From Selaginella moellendorffii (taxonomy: Eukaryota > Plantae > Lycopodiophyta), in the NCBI RefSeq assembly GCF_000143415.4, contig NW_003314422.1:62001-126000 (forward strand): DNA of 64,000 bases. Reading direction: 5' to 3'. The notes beneath the pieces were generated by a model. That model had not been told where the DNA came from. It saw only the letters and a list, made by a program, of their open reading frames with translations, and searched no databases. Of this stretch, positions 11,701 to 25,265 are shown piece after piece; position 1 is the first letter of the stretch, and each line of letters starts with the position of its first letter. A program made the translations under genes and the position numbers.

Positions 11701-12637
11701 GGTCCGGGATCCCTTGCTTTTCTTATCGTGCGACCCGAGGCTTTTTCGTACGCCGATGCTAGCGTTTTACTTGGACACGCTAATGGAGATCCTGATAGTG
11801 AACAGGAGGCTGTGCGAGGCATCGATATTGGAGTCTGGGAAAGATGGCCTGAGGCGTGAAGAAATCGCCACGGCACTCGTTTCTCAATACAGGTATAGTT
11901 TATAGTTTTCAATTTTCTTTCTCGAGAGAGTAATTTTGTGTGCATGCAGCGCTGTCTGCCAGATTCTACTGGAGCGTTGTGATTTAAGCCAGGGGAAAGA
12001 GTCTTTGTCGATGGCGATGAACAAGCTTGTTTGTAAGACGGTGTCATCACTTCTTACAGTGAACTCTCTACTTCTGAAGCTGATACATTTCCAGGCAAGT
12101 TTTTCCTTATCCCGTTTCATTCTACAATGCGCATTTCGAAATGTTTTGCAGGGATATGATTCAACGCGTATACCGGTGATGCTAGAGCATGTCCCTGCAA
12201 TGGTCCACTGCCTTGATTTTCTAGACGAGTTATTACAACAGCAGCAGCAACACAAACAAGTTTTTGCCATCCTTCTCGCCTCGCACGTCACTCGCTGCTA
12301 TCCCGAAGCCAATCTAAGCTTCCAAGTGGCAGAGAGGGTAGGCAATTATCCACACATTGTTTTCATTGATACAAGCAATCTGTGTTGTGTGCCTCAGGTA
12401 GTCTCTCATGTTACATACATCCTGTCCAAGGTCGCTGGCAGCAGCGAGTTTTTAGCGCAGATTTTGCAGCCCGTCGCAGAGATTGCCACCACCTTCCCTG
12501 TGCTCGCTCCAAAAGTGGTGGCCATCTTACAGTCGTGTAGTCGAGCTGGAGCTTCGTTGAAGGCAGGAGGCCCTCCTCGAGACGCCAAGCTCGAGGCGGC
12601 CGCAGTGGGAGCTCTCGGCCTTGTGGTGGGAACTTGA
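8702..12637 (+). CDS. INTS2: Integrator complex subunit 2 homolog, multi-exon
   Basis: The motifs GES..LAFEQ, LLVTTLANNP, RDPLLFLSCDPRLFR, REEIATAL..SAVCQILLERC, LKLIHFQ|GYD..VPAMVHCLDFLDELL and KQVFAI recall metazoan INTS2 (DPLIVLRCDQR; REELKNAL..SAAVQILLEIC; KLVHFQGY..IPSMHICLDF). GC-AG intron at 12095-12151. Confidence 0.85.
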
Positions 12638-15600
12638 CCAAGCGAAAAGAAAGAGGTAAAGCGACTGGAATCGCAAAGCAAAGCTCCAGAGACAAGGATG
12701 CATTTGTTAAGAGGAGGAGGCAGCTCTTTCTAAATGCCTGATTATGTGTAAGCAAGACAGCTCCAAGATGGAAAGTGTGGCTTCTTCTGTCTTTCTTTAA
12801 CTCCAAAGTAGGTCACAATTCAACACCAAAGATGCGCTGCAAATGAACAAATACAGGAAAAGAGTGGATCAGTGGCCATCCGACAACTTGTGCAATGAAG
12901 GGCTGTAGGGCAAGGGCAAGGGAGTGTCAGGTGGTCATCTCTTCCTCCAATCGATCCTTTGTGAGGATCTTACAACGGTTCATCTATTCCACATAGCCAG
13001 CAATATAAGATGACACTTACAGCCACATCTGGCATAAGAAACTATTCTTTTTAATAAGTAAAGAAAGATAATTTGTCTTGTAAAGGGCTTTAAGAATTTT
13101 GTGCTGGCCAGTAGCTTGTTGTAGACGTACTATGGAATTTGTGGCAGATAATCCATTAAAATAAGGGATGACATAAACTATAAGAATATTTTAAGAATAT
13201 TCCATGGTCTGTGCAGTAATGTGTTCATTGGAGCAGCACATTCTTTTAGGATGACAAATAAGTGGGATATAGATCTTGACGAGGAGTATGGCATTAGTGA
13301 TGATTGCTATGACAAGGAGGAAGAATCTCTTGATACTATTGTTGTGTGGCAAAGATGCTAAATATCTAAGGTTTAAAGTAATATTAAAGAGGTTAAAGAT
13401 TCTATCAATCTTATTAAAAACTTCTTACTTCACAATCAATCTTGTGTCTGTGATTATTATTGGTACATTAAACATGCCAAGGATTATGGTATTATAGAAT
13501 GGAAGTCATCACTAAATGTTTGTGATAGTTAGGAGGCCAATTCTTGGTTGGAATTATGGAAAAGTTATTGGTCTCATAACCTTTGTAAGGATAAAGTGAA
13601 GATTAAGTTAATTCTAAATTGACTTCTTGGAGTGATTTGATTAAAATTTTCTATACTTTGTTTATTAAAAAGTTTGAAGAGGTTGATCTCATGAACCAAC
13701 TTCTAGAAATCAAGCAAGGGATTTTGTCTTTAGATGTATATGCACACAATTTTTGCTTTAGTCTTATAAGCACTTATAATGAGCTGTTAAAAGTGCAATG
13801 TTTCATCAAAGATTTGAGCTTAATGGATGTGTAGCAAAAGGTAAAAAAGATTTTCTAGCAATGTTAACTAATGCTATCACTAAGGCTTAAATATTTTTGC
13901 CCAAACTATCAATCAACTTAGTCAACTTTGGTCAATAGGATGATTTATAGGGTAGTTAATATGATGACCAACCCAATGGTTCATATTTAGGGAAGAAACA
14001 ACTATTGTTCCATCATAACTCAAAAAAAAAAGATGGTAATGAGGTTAAAAGAAATCATTTATATTAGCAAGAGAAAGATAAGGTAGAGGGCAATTGTTTT
14101 CATTATCACAAAGCTAGACATCATAGCAAGGATTGTCTTCTTATGAAAGGATCAAAGAATATTAAGGTGAGTATGGTGGAATTTATTAAGGATACAACTC
14201 AGGCATCTATTGTGGTGGCTCTTTCACACATTATGGCAAAAGTTCAAAAATTTAAGTCTTGAGTGTATATTAATTTTGTAGAGCTCAATGGTTTTATGCA
14301 CAATCAACTTGTGAAGGCCAAAAAGGACATTCAGGGTAGTGTTGTTAGTATTCTTTTTTATCTAGGTGCTACACACAACTTTTTGAGCTTTAAAGTGGTG
14401 AAGTAACTTGGTTTGCTTATAGAAAAGAGTTTGATAATCTATGAGGTGGTTATGGTAGATGGATTTAGCACTTATGTTTACTGTGAATAGCCTCCGAGTG
14501 TTCTTTTGATGGTTTAAGGGATTCTTGACCATCCTTCACTCTAGGTTATGGATCTTGGTCACACAGATGTTATTTTTGGGAAGGAATAGTGATAGGAAGC
14601 CAAGGATCAATTGAGAATTTAATGTTTTGCATATCGAAATTAGTGGCATGTGAAAGAGATTGTCATAACAGACAATAATGATACTTCATTGATTAATACT
14701 TTGGAGTTGGTGATATGCACACATGAGATCTAATTCTTTTGTGGTTTGTTTCTTTCTAATATACTCATATTTAATTTGGCATATGTTCGTGGGCATGGGG
14801 CTCAGATGGATTGCATTCAAGAGGAGTTCTAGACGTATTTCCAGATGAATTGCCTGATGGTTTGCCTCCCAAACATAGAATTCAACATGAGATTAATTTG
14901 GTTCTTGGAGCTACTCCTTATTAACAACAACTGACTCACACTAGTCTTGCTGAAGATGAGGAGATTAATAGGCAACTTGTTGAGTACCTTTGGAAGGGGT
15001 GGTTATAGATAAAGAAGTCTCCTTAAGTTGCTTTAGTGGTGATGGTTAAGAAGAAAGATGATATATGATATCTCTATGTGAACTATAAGGGATTGAATGA
15101 TAAGACAATGAAGAATATGTTCCCAATCCTTATATTAATGATTTTCTTGATTGTCTTTATGATGCTTGATGTTTTTCAAAGATTGATTTGAGGCAAGGGT
15201 ATCATTAGATTTGTGTCAAGCCAGAGGATGTTCCAAAAATTACATTTTAGATGACAAGGTCACTATGAGTTTTTAGTGATGTCATTTAGTTTGATGGATG
15301 CTTCTACAACTTTTCAGAAATTAATGAATCAAATTCTACAACCTTACTTGGGAAAGTTTGCAATTGATAATTTTGATGATATCCTGGTGTTTAGTTCTTT
15401 AGTGGAGGAATATGAGATGCATGTACAAAGTGTTTTGCAACATTTGAGGGATAATAAGCTCTACTTTAAGTTATTTAAGTATGAGTTGTTTTTGGAGAAG
15501 ATTGAATATCTCATACATTTGATTTTAGTATATGGAGTGAAAGTTAATCCCACAAAGATCCAAATTGTGGTTGATTGGCCTATATCTTCAATAGTGCATG

Positions 15601-17244
15601 ATCTCCGTTGAGTAGATATGTGATGTGATGTGTGACTAAGAAGTTGCAAGATGCAATATGATGTTATTTGGCATGTGTATAGCTATATTTGGTGCTAAGT
15701 TCATAATGCTATCTCTCATATTGCAAAAGGATAGTTGGAGTCAATTTTAGTTTCCCATTTTTTTGAGTTCATGACATTTGATTTGATAGGGCATTTTCCA
15801 CAATTGATTGTTGGTAATGAGTATGTCATTATTGCTTCTAATTATTTGACTTGCTATATAGATGTTAGTGCTTATTTGTAACTATTATTAGATACTTTTT
15901 TATCAATCGAGTGGTATTCTAGCATTCTTGTCCAAAATGGATTCTCTCAGATAATGGTCCCACATTTATGGCTAAGGTATTTTACATTTTAACATCTCAA
16001 CTAGGGATACACAGCAATGTCACAAGTGCTTATCATTTATAGATAAATAGTTTGGTGGAACAATTCATTCAAACCTTCAAAGGAATAATTGTAAAGTAAG
16101 TGAACTTTTAGTATTCAAATTGGGATGGTTATTTGCTGTATCTTCAATATGCATATGTCACAAGGATATAAAATTCTGTTGGTGCTTCACTATATAAACT
16201 TCTATATAGTCATGATCTAGTACTGCCAATGGAGTTGAGTTTACTGTAAGCGATTAATTTTTCCATTATACTTTAGTCACTTAACCACACCTCTGACCAC
16301 TTCGAAGAGTCTCACTCACCACCTCCATAAGTCCTACTTTGGACTTGGGCTTGCTAACCCCGAGAATGGCATCTCCGCCACTCAACCTTTGCACTTGGTC
16401 CAAGTGCTCCACGTGTCCGATCCCATGACTGACACCCCAAGGCACCACCAACACATCAGCCCGTTACACTAAGGCCATGCCCATTCACCTTGGTCACACT
16501 GGTGGTCTAACACCACCTACACCACAGTCCCGTCTCTCAAAGACTGGGCCATCCGTCCATGAGGGATCATCCCCGATCCACTCCTTAGCATCCTTAGGAT
16601 GTCCATAGACATGGGGATTAGCCTTCCCCAATATCCGCTTTTCGGTCCCTACCAAGTCCCTTTCTGGCCATGGCCGTATTTGCCAACACTGCCACTGGAT
16701 CAAGGCCCGCAGGCCCGACCTCTAAGTCCCTCTATCCTTTGGGACTTCCTCACCATGTGACCGTATCCTAGGTCACTACACTAGAGGACTGCTCCTCTTC
16801 CCTTTCACCGTTTGGGACTTTGGGGACAGCATTTCGGAACACCGTGGCCTTACGCAAGCCTCATGGGTACTCTCCCCGCCTTTCGCCTTTAGGTGCTCTA
16901 GCCATGGGCTTAGAGCGAGGTTCCGTTGAGCCATGACAGGTATCCAAGTAGGTAGTGCCACTCACACTTGGACTGGGAGCATCGGCCAGTCGATCTCCCG
17001 GGGGAACTAGAGCCGACTCTTGAACACTTCACCAAGCTACCCCGCTTGTCGGCTTGTGTTCACTCTAGTCTTGGACTTCCCAGTGGGCAGCTCATCACCC
17101 AACATTGGGTCCGGCCTTCCTGGGCCAAACTGGCCTTTCCTGGCTAAACTGGCTCCACTGCAGTCCTCCCCCTACTATACTTTTGGAGCTCACCAAACCC
17201 CCCAGGGTCTGGGAGACGAACGCTTTGGGCTTTCACCCTCTCAG

Positions 17245-17638
17245 ACTCGAACTCGGACTTGGCCTCGGACTCGGACTCGGACTCGGACTCGGACTCGGAC
17301 TCGGACTCGGACTCGGGCTCAGGCTCGGGCTCGGGCTCGGTCTCGGTCTCGGTCCCGATCTCGGTCTCGGTCCCGGTCTAGGTCTTGGTCCCGGTCTCGA
17401 CTTCGGACTCCATCTCGGGTCCATCTCGGACTCCATCTCGGACTCCATCTCGGGTCCATCTCAAGTCCATCTCGGGTCCATCTCGGGTCCCATCTCGGGT
17501 CCATCTTGGACTCCATCTCGGACTCCATCTCGGACTCCATCTCGGGTCCATCTCGGACTCCATCTCGGGTCCATCTCGGATTCCATCTCGGACTCCATCT
17601 CGGGTCCATCTCGGACTCTATCTCGGACTCCACCTCGG
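17245..17638. repeat. Minisatellite inside LTR B: 6-bp CTCGG(A/G/T) units, then 11-12-bp CTCGGACTCCAT/CTCGGGTCCAT units; resumes at 20177-20290
   Basis: Visible directly. The reverse-complement array is at 49203-49345. Confidence 0.9.
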
Positions 17639-20176
17639 CATAGTTACGAACACGAACACGGAACACGAACACGAGCCTCAGATTTCAGGAACTCGAACAC
17701 GGAACACGATCACGGCCCACGATGGCTCACGAATATTCTACTGAATATTCTAAGAATATGTTATTTAAAAATTATATTCTATTTCTTATTATATTATTAT
17801 AGGAATATGCTATATTTTATTATATTATTCTTAATATTTTTATTTGCACATAAACTACTTCACACTTTTAAACTACTCAAATATCCTGCATCTCATCGTC
17901 ATCTTCAACCTCATGATCTTCGACCTCACGATCTTCGACATCATCTCCATCTTCCTCTTCCTGTCCTAACTCAAGCTCGTCTTCAGGATGAGGAACTGTC
18001 TCCAGGACTTTGTAGCTTACAAACTTGTCGTAATCACGATCATTTTTGCAGGTTAACAACCTGGTGTTGCAAGCCACAAAAACCAGATCCGCTGTCCTGT
18101 CCATGGTAAGTCTGTTCCTCTTTTTTGAAGAAACATGCTCGAAAGTACTGAACAATCTCTCCACCGAGGACAACGAGCATGCCTGACTTAGAACTCGAAT
18201 GGCCAACTTCTGAAGAGCTGGAGTTTCATAACCATAGTCCTCCCACCAACGTACAGCTCCCCTCTTAGTGTGATCAGCCTTAGCATCATATGAGTTGAAA
18301 ATGCCTCCTATCCTCCGGTAAGTTAAAAGCTCATCACGTATCACATCCCTCTCACTGGATGTAAACATGGCCAGCAGATAAGCATTCCAGTCCTTTATGA
18401 CCTCTCTGTTAGCATGCTTTTCATACTCCTGAAACTCGGGGTCCAACATGTATGCCACCGAGTGCATGAGCGAGTGATACTCATGCCACCTATTAGACAT
18501 GATCTGATGAAGTTCCCTGTACCTGCCATAATCCGACTGTCCTTCCTCTAAACTTGCATCCAACCTGTTCATGCACTCATATATCTTTCCAATCGCAGGT
18601 ATATCACCGTCCACAACACGAAGAAGCAGCATAACATCCTTGGACACCTCTAGCATGTCCTTAACCTGTTGCCAGAAACTGTCATCAAAAACCGTTGCAT
18701 AACTGTCCCTTCCTGCTCTCGACTTCGACTCAGGCCTTGCTCTGTACGCAGGGCATACGAACATCTGTTGTAAAGCTTCTCGGAGCTCCACCAGCCTCTC
18801 CATCATAATGAAGTTGTAGCCGAACCTGGTATCACAATAACGCAGCAATCGCTTGTGATTAAACTCCGCCAGCAGTGCCACTATATGAGAGTGGTTTCTA
18901 ACGAAGATCACCAAAGACTTTCCACGCTCCAGAAGTGTTGCCATCCATGGAAGTACACCGAAGTCTTTCAAGGCATTGTTCAAGCAATGGGCAAAACATG
19001 CTGCCCATTGAATTTTCGGGTACCTCTGTTGCAAAAGTGCTGCTGCTGCTCTGTTTGCATTTTCCCCATCGGTCACAACCATGACAATGTTCTCTGCACC
19101 TACAATGTTAATGCCTTCTTCCCAACAGCGCAGAGTATTTTCAGCTGTTTTTCCTATTAAGGAAATGTCGATAGCCTTCAAAAAAGCTCCTCGTCCTTGA
19201 CTATATGCCACAAGCCCCATGATATGCCGATTCCTCCTATCTGCCCACCCGTCTGCGCATATGGTTGCACCCCTCTGCTCCCACTGCTTCCTCAAGGACG
19301 CCATCTCAATGTCAATGAATCGTTTCTCTTTCACCAAAAGCTTATCCCGGAGATCATCATATTTTGGTGGTGCATAAGGCACACCATGCCTGGCAACTTC
19401 CTGTATCATGTTGAGGAAGTAAGGTGACCGAGCCTTGACAAATGGAATGTGTTCATTCCAGAAAAATCTTCCGATAGCCACATCAACTCGGTTCTTCCGC
19501 TCAGGATCCATCGAATCAACAATATGGACTTGACTCTGTTTGCTAAAAAACAGGGAACTGCAGCCACTTCCACTTGACTGGGATGATACCACCGGTGGAA
19601 ATCCTTGGACATTGCCATCCATTCTCATAGAAGCACCACCAGATTCATTCGGCCGTTTCTTCCCCCTTGCCCCTTTCTCGGAATCAATAACCTTTTGCAT
19701 ATTGAGCAGATCCGCTTTCTTGTTACCTGGGATGAGAGGACAACTCACAATATCCTTGCTGCCTGGGCCTTCTCCTAACAGATGAGCTCGCACACGATCA
19801 ACACCACTCAGTTTGTTCACCATTGGGCAGTATTTGCATGACCATAATTTGTGGCCATGCCCCCTGCTCTCAAGAACACTTACCTCATCCCACCATCGCG
19901 AAGAAGGATGCTTTCGCAGTATGCTGGATTGCTGCGCCATGCTTGTTTGCCTTGGATTGCTGCTGCTGTGCCCTGAAATGGTGCGCCCTGGCTGGATTGT
20001 CGTGTGATGCCGTGCGCCCTAAAACCAGAATATTCCGCGCGAGAATATTCTGAACAGTGGTCCGTGTTAGTAACACGGACCACTGTTCACGAACACGGCC
20101 GTGGGAACACGACCCATGGCCGTGTTCGTGAAACACGGTGAACACGGCCGGGATCCCGGCCGTGTTCGTAACACGG
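17639..20176 (-). mobile_element. hAT DNA transposon, 2538 bp, apparently complete
   Basis: Imperfect 16-bp TIRs (CATAGTTACGAACACG / CCGTGTTACGAACACG, 13/16), clustered subterminal AACACG motifs at both ends, and CCTCGG duplicated at 17633-17638 and 20177-20182. Confidence 0.88.
17877..19940 (-). CDS. hAT transposase (zf-BED, DUF659-type core, hAT dimerization domain), intact 687 aa
   Basis: WSCKYC..RAHL..C BED finger; ADGW, VVTDG, CFAHC, WW..YG..P.LQKLAIRVLSQ, SSVERLFS, KKRNRL. Confidence 0.95.
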   Translation of the reverse strand: MAQQSSILRKHPSSRWWDEVSVLESRGHGHKLWSCKYCPMVNKLSGVDRVRAHLLGEGPGSKDIVSCPLIPGNKKADLLNMQKVIDSEKGARGKKRPNESGGASMRMDGNVQGFPPVVSSQSSGSGCSSLFFSKQSQVHIVDSMDPERKNRVDVAIGRFFWNEHIPFVKARSPYFLNMIQEVARHGVPYAPPKYDDLRDKLLVKEKRFIDIEMASLRKQWEQRGATICADGWADRRNRHIMGLVAYSQGRGAFLKAIDISLIGKTAENTLRCWEEGINIVGAENIVMVVTDGENANRAAAALLQQRYPKIQWAACFAHCLNNALKDFGVLPWMATLLERGKSLVIFVRNHSHIVALLAEFNHKRLLRYCDTRFGYNFIMMERLVELREALQQMFVCPAYRARPESKSRAGRDSYATVFDDSFWQQVKDMLEVSKDVMLLLRVVDGDIPAIGKIYECMNRLDASLEEGQSDYGRYRELHQIMSNRWHEYHSLMHSVAYMLDPEFQEYEKHANREVIKDWNAYLLAMFTSSERDVIRDELLTYRRIGGIFNSYDAKADHTKRGAVRWWEDYGYETPALQKLAIRVLSQACSLSSVERLFSTFEHVSSKKRNRLTMDRTADLVFVACNTRLLTCKNDRDYDKFVSYKVLETVPHPEDELELGQEEEDGDDVEDREVEDHEVEDDDEMQDI

Positions 20177-22929
20177 CCTCGGACTCCATCTCGGGTCCAT
20201 CTCGGGTCCACCTTGGACTCCACCTCGGACTCCATCTCGGGGTCCTTCTCGGACTCCACTTCGGACTCCAACTTGGGTCCATCTCGGACACTTCCACGTG
20301 TCATGTGTTGGTCCTTTTGGGTCCCTTTTTGGAGCCTCGCTTATTGCTCTCTTTGTGCTTGTTCCTCGAGCACTTCGTTAGGAGTTCCACTCCCGCTCTC
20401 GACCTTTCAAGGCAGAGCTTTTAGTCCAAACGTGTTACGCTCGTTTGGCTTTTGCTTCGGCCACTACCACGTGGCGCCCCTCTGGCTCCACTTTGGGGCC
20501 TAGGGATTTTGTGTCTCACATTTACCTTCGCAATTGCTATAAGCTGCTGATGCTAAGTCTTGGAATTAATATTTGACGAGCATTCTTCCACTTGTTTAAA
20601 TAGAGTGTACACTTAGGCCATATACAAATGGGATAAAAATAAAAAGACCTGTGCAGCTTCTTAGGCATATAATGATGCCCTATATGCCTGCATAAAATAG
20701 GAGAATCATGGTATAATAAAGAAGGCCATCCTCAATGTGATATTGAGAATGTAAATGCTAAAATAATAAGTCATTAATAAATGATGTAGAATTTTCAAAC
20801 ATATCATAAAGCTTTCAAATCCATGGCTCAAACTTTTGAGCTTCACAAACCTTATAAAAAGAAGCTAAATTTTGTGGTGCACCTTGTGGACACTAAACAT
20901 CAAGTATAACAACTATTGACGACATGGAATCCTCTTCAGAAAATCCACAAATACTAGAATATTAGGGTCAACAAGAATAAAAGAAAAGAGTGAAGAAGGA
21001 AAAAAAGCTCAAAAAAAGGCATTAGCATAAATTATAGAACTCTTATAGTGATGAACAACCTCAAAATTATATATCTGAAGCTTTAAAGCCCACTAAGTAG
21101 TATGACCAACCAAGTTCTTCAATTTAATAACAAAGGAACTACAACATAATCACTTTATAGTAATGTTTGAGAACCATATAAATATGCATCTCGAAACCCC
21201 AAACCATTGCTAAACACTCTTTCTCTATTGTGGAATAGCTTATCTCCGTTAATTGTAATGTATAACTAATGTATATAATGGGATGACACTAAGGCACACT
21301 CATGCTTTCTTGCATCCATACACCCTAAAACCGATATAAGAAGCATCTATATATAAAATGAAAGGTTGAGTGTAATTAGGATATGCCAAAATTAAATAAG
21401 TCATCAATAAGCTCTTTGAGATCTATAATTGCCTATTTGCAATCTTTAAACCATATGAAAGATAATGTTGATGACTTCAGTAATACTCGCAATGGTGCAA
21501 TACAATCAGAAAGAATTAACAAAACAATTGAAATATTGCACCTTGCCCAAGCACTATACATTATTCAAGCTGTGTTCTTAGATGCAAAGATGCATTCCCA
21601 CGTCCCCTCTAAGTGGATCAAAACATCTTCAATGAAGTCAACAGTCACCTTGGCATATCATAAAGAACTTCATCCTACTGAAATGTTACTAAAACATTAT
21701 TTAAACTAAACGACATCACCAAGAACTTGTATAAACTAAATAATGTACAAAAAACATTCTTAGAAATATCATCTTTAGCCATCGGCATTTGTTAGTACCC
21801 AAAAGAAAATTTTAGTAATTCATTTGGAGGCATGACTTGTGACAAGCTACATGAAGATGACATGAAACTTCAAAGAAAATTATAAATCTCTTGCAATGGT
21901 GAAGTAGACCATAAAGGGGGGTGCTCTCCAACTGATGTAATATTCTATCTGATTGGGCATCCAACTAGTTAATGTGGCACCAACCAAGTTTACTAGTCAC
22001 ATTTAATTGTTTTTATAACTCTAAAGCCTAGATCACTTCAAACCTTAGTTGAATGAGCTGGAAATCCTTAAATGTTTCTTGGTGTAATCAATAAAAACTT
22101 TTAAATATTTACATCCAACCATACAAGAAACAAAGACTGACCAAAACCACATCCCTATTTTACACTTGATTGACTCACATCTTACAATGCTCTAATCAAG
22201 TTGCTATGCTATTGGAGTATATTAGTGATGATTCCTTGATCAATTCTAAGGATTTGAGAGTGGAGATGAATCTTCTAAATCAGTATAGTTTACATGCTTA
22301 AATCTCTTTTTGATATATGGGCTCTTCACTATATTGTTCCCAGGATCAAGAAATGTTTGCTATACAATCATCACTTCATCAAAGAACTTGTGACACATCT
22401 ATATTTTTAGCATAGAACGTTTGCCATTGACTCTTATGTAGCAATTGATTAATTGTTTTTTATAAATTGATAAAGACTTTTGTTAAGGAGGGAAATTCAA
22501 AAAGAAGAATGCTAGCTACCAACATTAAACACAAAACTTTGCATTCAAAAGTTTTAGCGCTTAATCTTTGTAGGAGGGAAAAGTTTATTATGTTGTTTGG
22601 ATATTGTGCTTACTAGGCACCAAGAAAAAAGAAAAATCTAACTCAAGCAACAGCCTTACCTCTGAGAACAAAGACAACTCATATAGCAGCTCAGCTACAA
22701 GCACGTTCAGCTCCAACTTACCAAAGAGTGGCTCATCAATCCACATCACAAAAAAAAGTTTCTTACACTTTTACTGTACCTATGCATGAAATTTTTGCAT
22801 CTTTGTTAGAGGCTATAGGGAGCATTCCTATAGAAGAGGACACACTTGAGCTTGATTTATCTCCTGTTCATAATTTTCCTCTCTTGCCTTTTGATGACAA
22901 GCTCCCACCTAAAAAGAAGAAAGCTACAA

Positions 22930-24260
22930 ACCTTTAGACAACCATAGACATCGATAAAGCTATAGTTGTTGTTGATGAAGGCTCCAAATCAATTCAAGAA
23001 TCTGCTTGAGAGTTTGGTGTGACAACACTACACAATTGGCTTGATGAAGTACAAAGCAAAAAGGTGGTAGCAACAGGATCTTTACAGATGAGGAAGAGGA
23101 TGCCATTGTATATTAGATTATGCAACATCAAGCAAGTGGTTGGTTGGTGGCATGGATTTAAAAAGTGTTAACCTCAATTAAGTTTGTGTTCTCCATAGTC
23201 TTTGGGGTATGCTTGAGTATCTGCAATCACACCAGCAGTTGTCAAGCCTTTCTATGCAAGGTGGCAAGCATTGATAGCGGAAAAGAACTATTCACCTAGT
23301 TGAATTTTCAATGTTGATGAAACTAGGATATCTGCAAAACAAAGATCTAGGTTGTCATGCGGTATTCAACAAGCAAGCATGCACAATTTTTAGTGTTGTT
23401 CCAAATGAGTGTCAAAGGATAATAGTCATTTGTGCTATTGCTGCAAATGGCCAGAAGCTTCCAAATCACTGCATATTCCGAGGGCATAATCAAGCAGTAG
23501 GTTGGTTGGAGTTCTGTGAGCTTGGAACATCCATGCAAGTACAAACCAATGCATGGATGAGAAATAATGGGCTTATTTGCTTCCTTGAACACTTTGCAAG
23601 AGTCATCCCAGGTGGCATTTCTCCAACAAATCAAGCTTGCATTATGATGGATGGTCATGGCTCTTATCATACTTCACATCATATGCAACCTCTTGATGTG
23701 TGCTACTTTGGACCTTTCAAGGCAGAGTTCAAAGCCATCCATACTGAATGTATAGAGACAGGATTTCATGGACACACTCTAACAAAGATCTTAGCAAGAG
23801 TGGTGAGAAGAGCACTTGACAAGGCTCTAACTTCTGCAAACACCATTGTTGGCTTTAAAAAAACCAGACTCTGGCCTATTGATTGTGCAGTTATAGATGC
23901 TAAATTTCACATGGATGCAGCTCTACAAGACACAGGTAAGAAACTTTAAAAAGATGAAGATGAAGAGACTTACATTTGACATAAGTGTAAATGACAATAG
24001 CGATGATGATTTGGAACTGTTGCTAAGTGCTACAGTTGCTATGGATGTAAACTATACAATGGAAGAAGCTGAGAAAAGCTGATGGGAGAAGGCAATATTG
24101 AGGCAACTTAAGGCAGAACAAGCAGCAATAGAAAAAAAAAAGCACAAAAATTGGAGAGGGAAATGGACAAATAAGTTGGACTTGCTGTAAGGAAAGTTTC
24201 AAAGAACCTTTACAAGCAAGGATTAGAAACAACTATGCAAGAATATAGAACAAACATCTT
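22930..24260 (+). pseudogene. pogo/Fot1-like (DDE_1, CENP-B-like) transposase remnant
   Basis: FNVDET at ~23307, IMMDGHGSYH, HTSHHMQPLDVCYFGPFK, GFKKTRLWP; HTH-like remnant ~22945; frameshifts and stops. TIRs not found. Confidence 0.8.
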
Positions 24261-25265
24261 CTTCCAATCTTTTCAACAAGACTTTGAGCTAGATCTTGAG
24301 CCCGGGGAGAAAATTCTAGTCTGGCACTAGAGCTTCCTTACAAATAACTACCTCTACTCATTGATTCTTAACTGATTTTGTGTACTCACAATAACTATGT
24401 GGACGAGAGAGGCAACAGCCAGCCCCAATATTGATCCATTGTGGCCAAAACTAAACCTTTTGTTATCTGTTCCTAGTTTCCTTAAAACTCAAGTGGTTAT
24501 AGAGTGTTTGACTATGGTTTTGAATGGTTAAGCTTTATATTTTTGTACTGTTTTTCTCGCTTAAATATATATGAATTTCCACGTTAAAATTTTTTTTGGA
24601 GATAGCCCACACTAAGCATATGCCATGAGGAAAAATAATTTTGATTGGAAATTTAAAAACTTATACATTAAGAAATTCTAATCAGTTGAAGAACAGCCCC
24701 TTGATTTTTTTGCTTGTTGAGTTCACGTCCTCCTGGCCAACTTTGCCACCTTCATTGTTCATGTGGTTTATTCTTCAAACAGGAAATTTAAAAACTTCAT
24801 TTAATTGTATACGGTATCACAAATGGGAGTTTTAATTAACTTTCAAGCCTGTGTAGCTATATGAGAGTCACTGCTGTGATTCCTAGGCCTGTACCTCTCC
24901 TGACTCGAAAAGCACACACCCCCACACACTTTTCTCGTCAATATCTCTGGCTCTGTCTCGGGCAGTGTGGTTCTTCTTTTTCCCTAGAACCTCGATAGGA
25001 GAAAGTTGGTCTCTGTTTGTTTGCTAGCTAGGCAGAGGGAGATAGGCCTAGAGAAGAGCGAGCAAGATAAAAAAAAAGAATTAAAATTCCTCTCTGTCTG
25101 TCAACAATGCAGTGGAGGCCTCGCCAGTGTTGATTCTGATCTGATCCAGGTCCTTTCTTGGAATTTTTCTTGCTTGGTTCCAAAACCATACTGGGTTTCT
25201 GGAAAGGGATCAGAGTTTCCAGGTCGAGAAAAGTAGAAAAAGAAAAAGGAGAACAAGAGAAAACA

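Larger units (their letters stand above)
16245..20520 (-). mobile_element. Solo LTR of family B (~1.7 kb without its hAT insert)
   Basis: TG...CA ends; 5-bp TSD TTTAC at 16240-16244 and 20521-20525; reverse-complement similar to the LTR at 49203-50384. Confidence 0.88.
13450..20700 (+). mobile_element. Heavily decayed Ty3/gypsy retrotransposon (gag, PR, RT, integrase remnants), split by a solo LTR; boundaries approximate
   Basis: Degenerate zinc knuckle ~14090, LGATHNF ~14360, RT remnant (MSFSL..ASTTFQKLMN..FDDILVFS, 15276-15611) and integrase-like remnant 15650-16240 resuming after 20525. Many stops. Confidence 0.8.

Noticed and set aside
17020-18109. Long ORFs with RTRT/LGLG/SRSR repeats (also at 52207-52521)
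   Set aside because: These are translations of LTR minisatellites, not genes.
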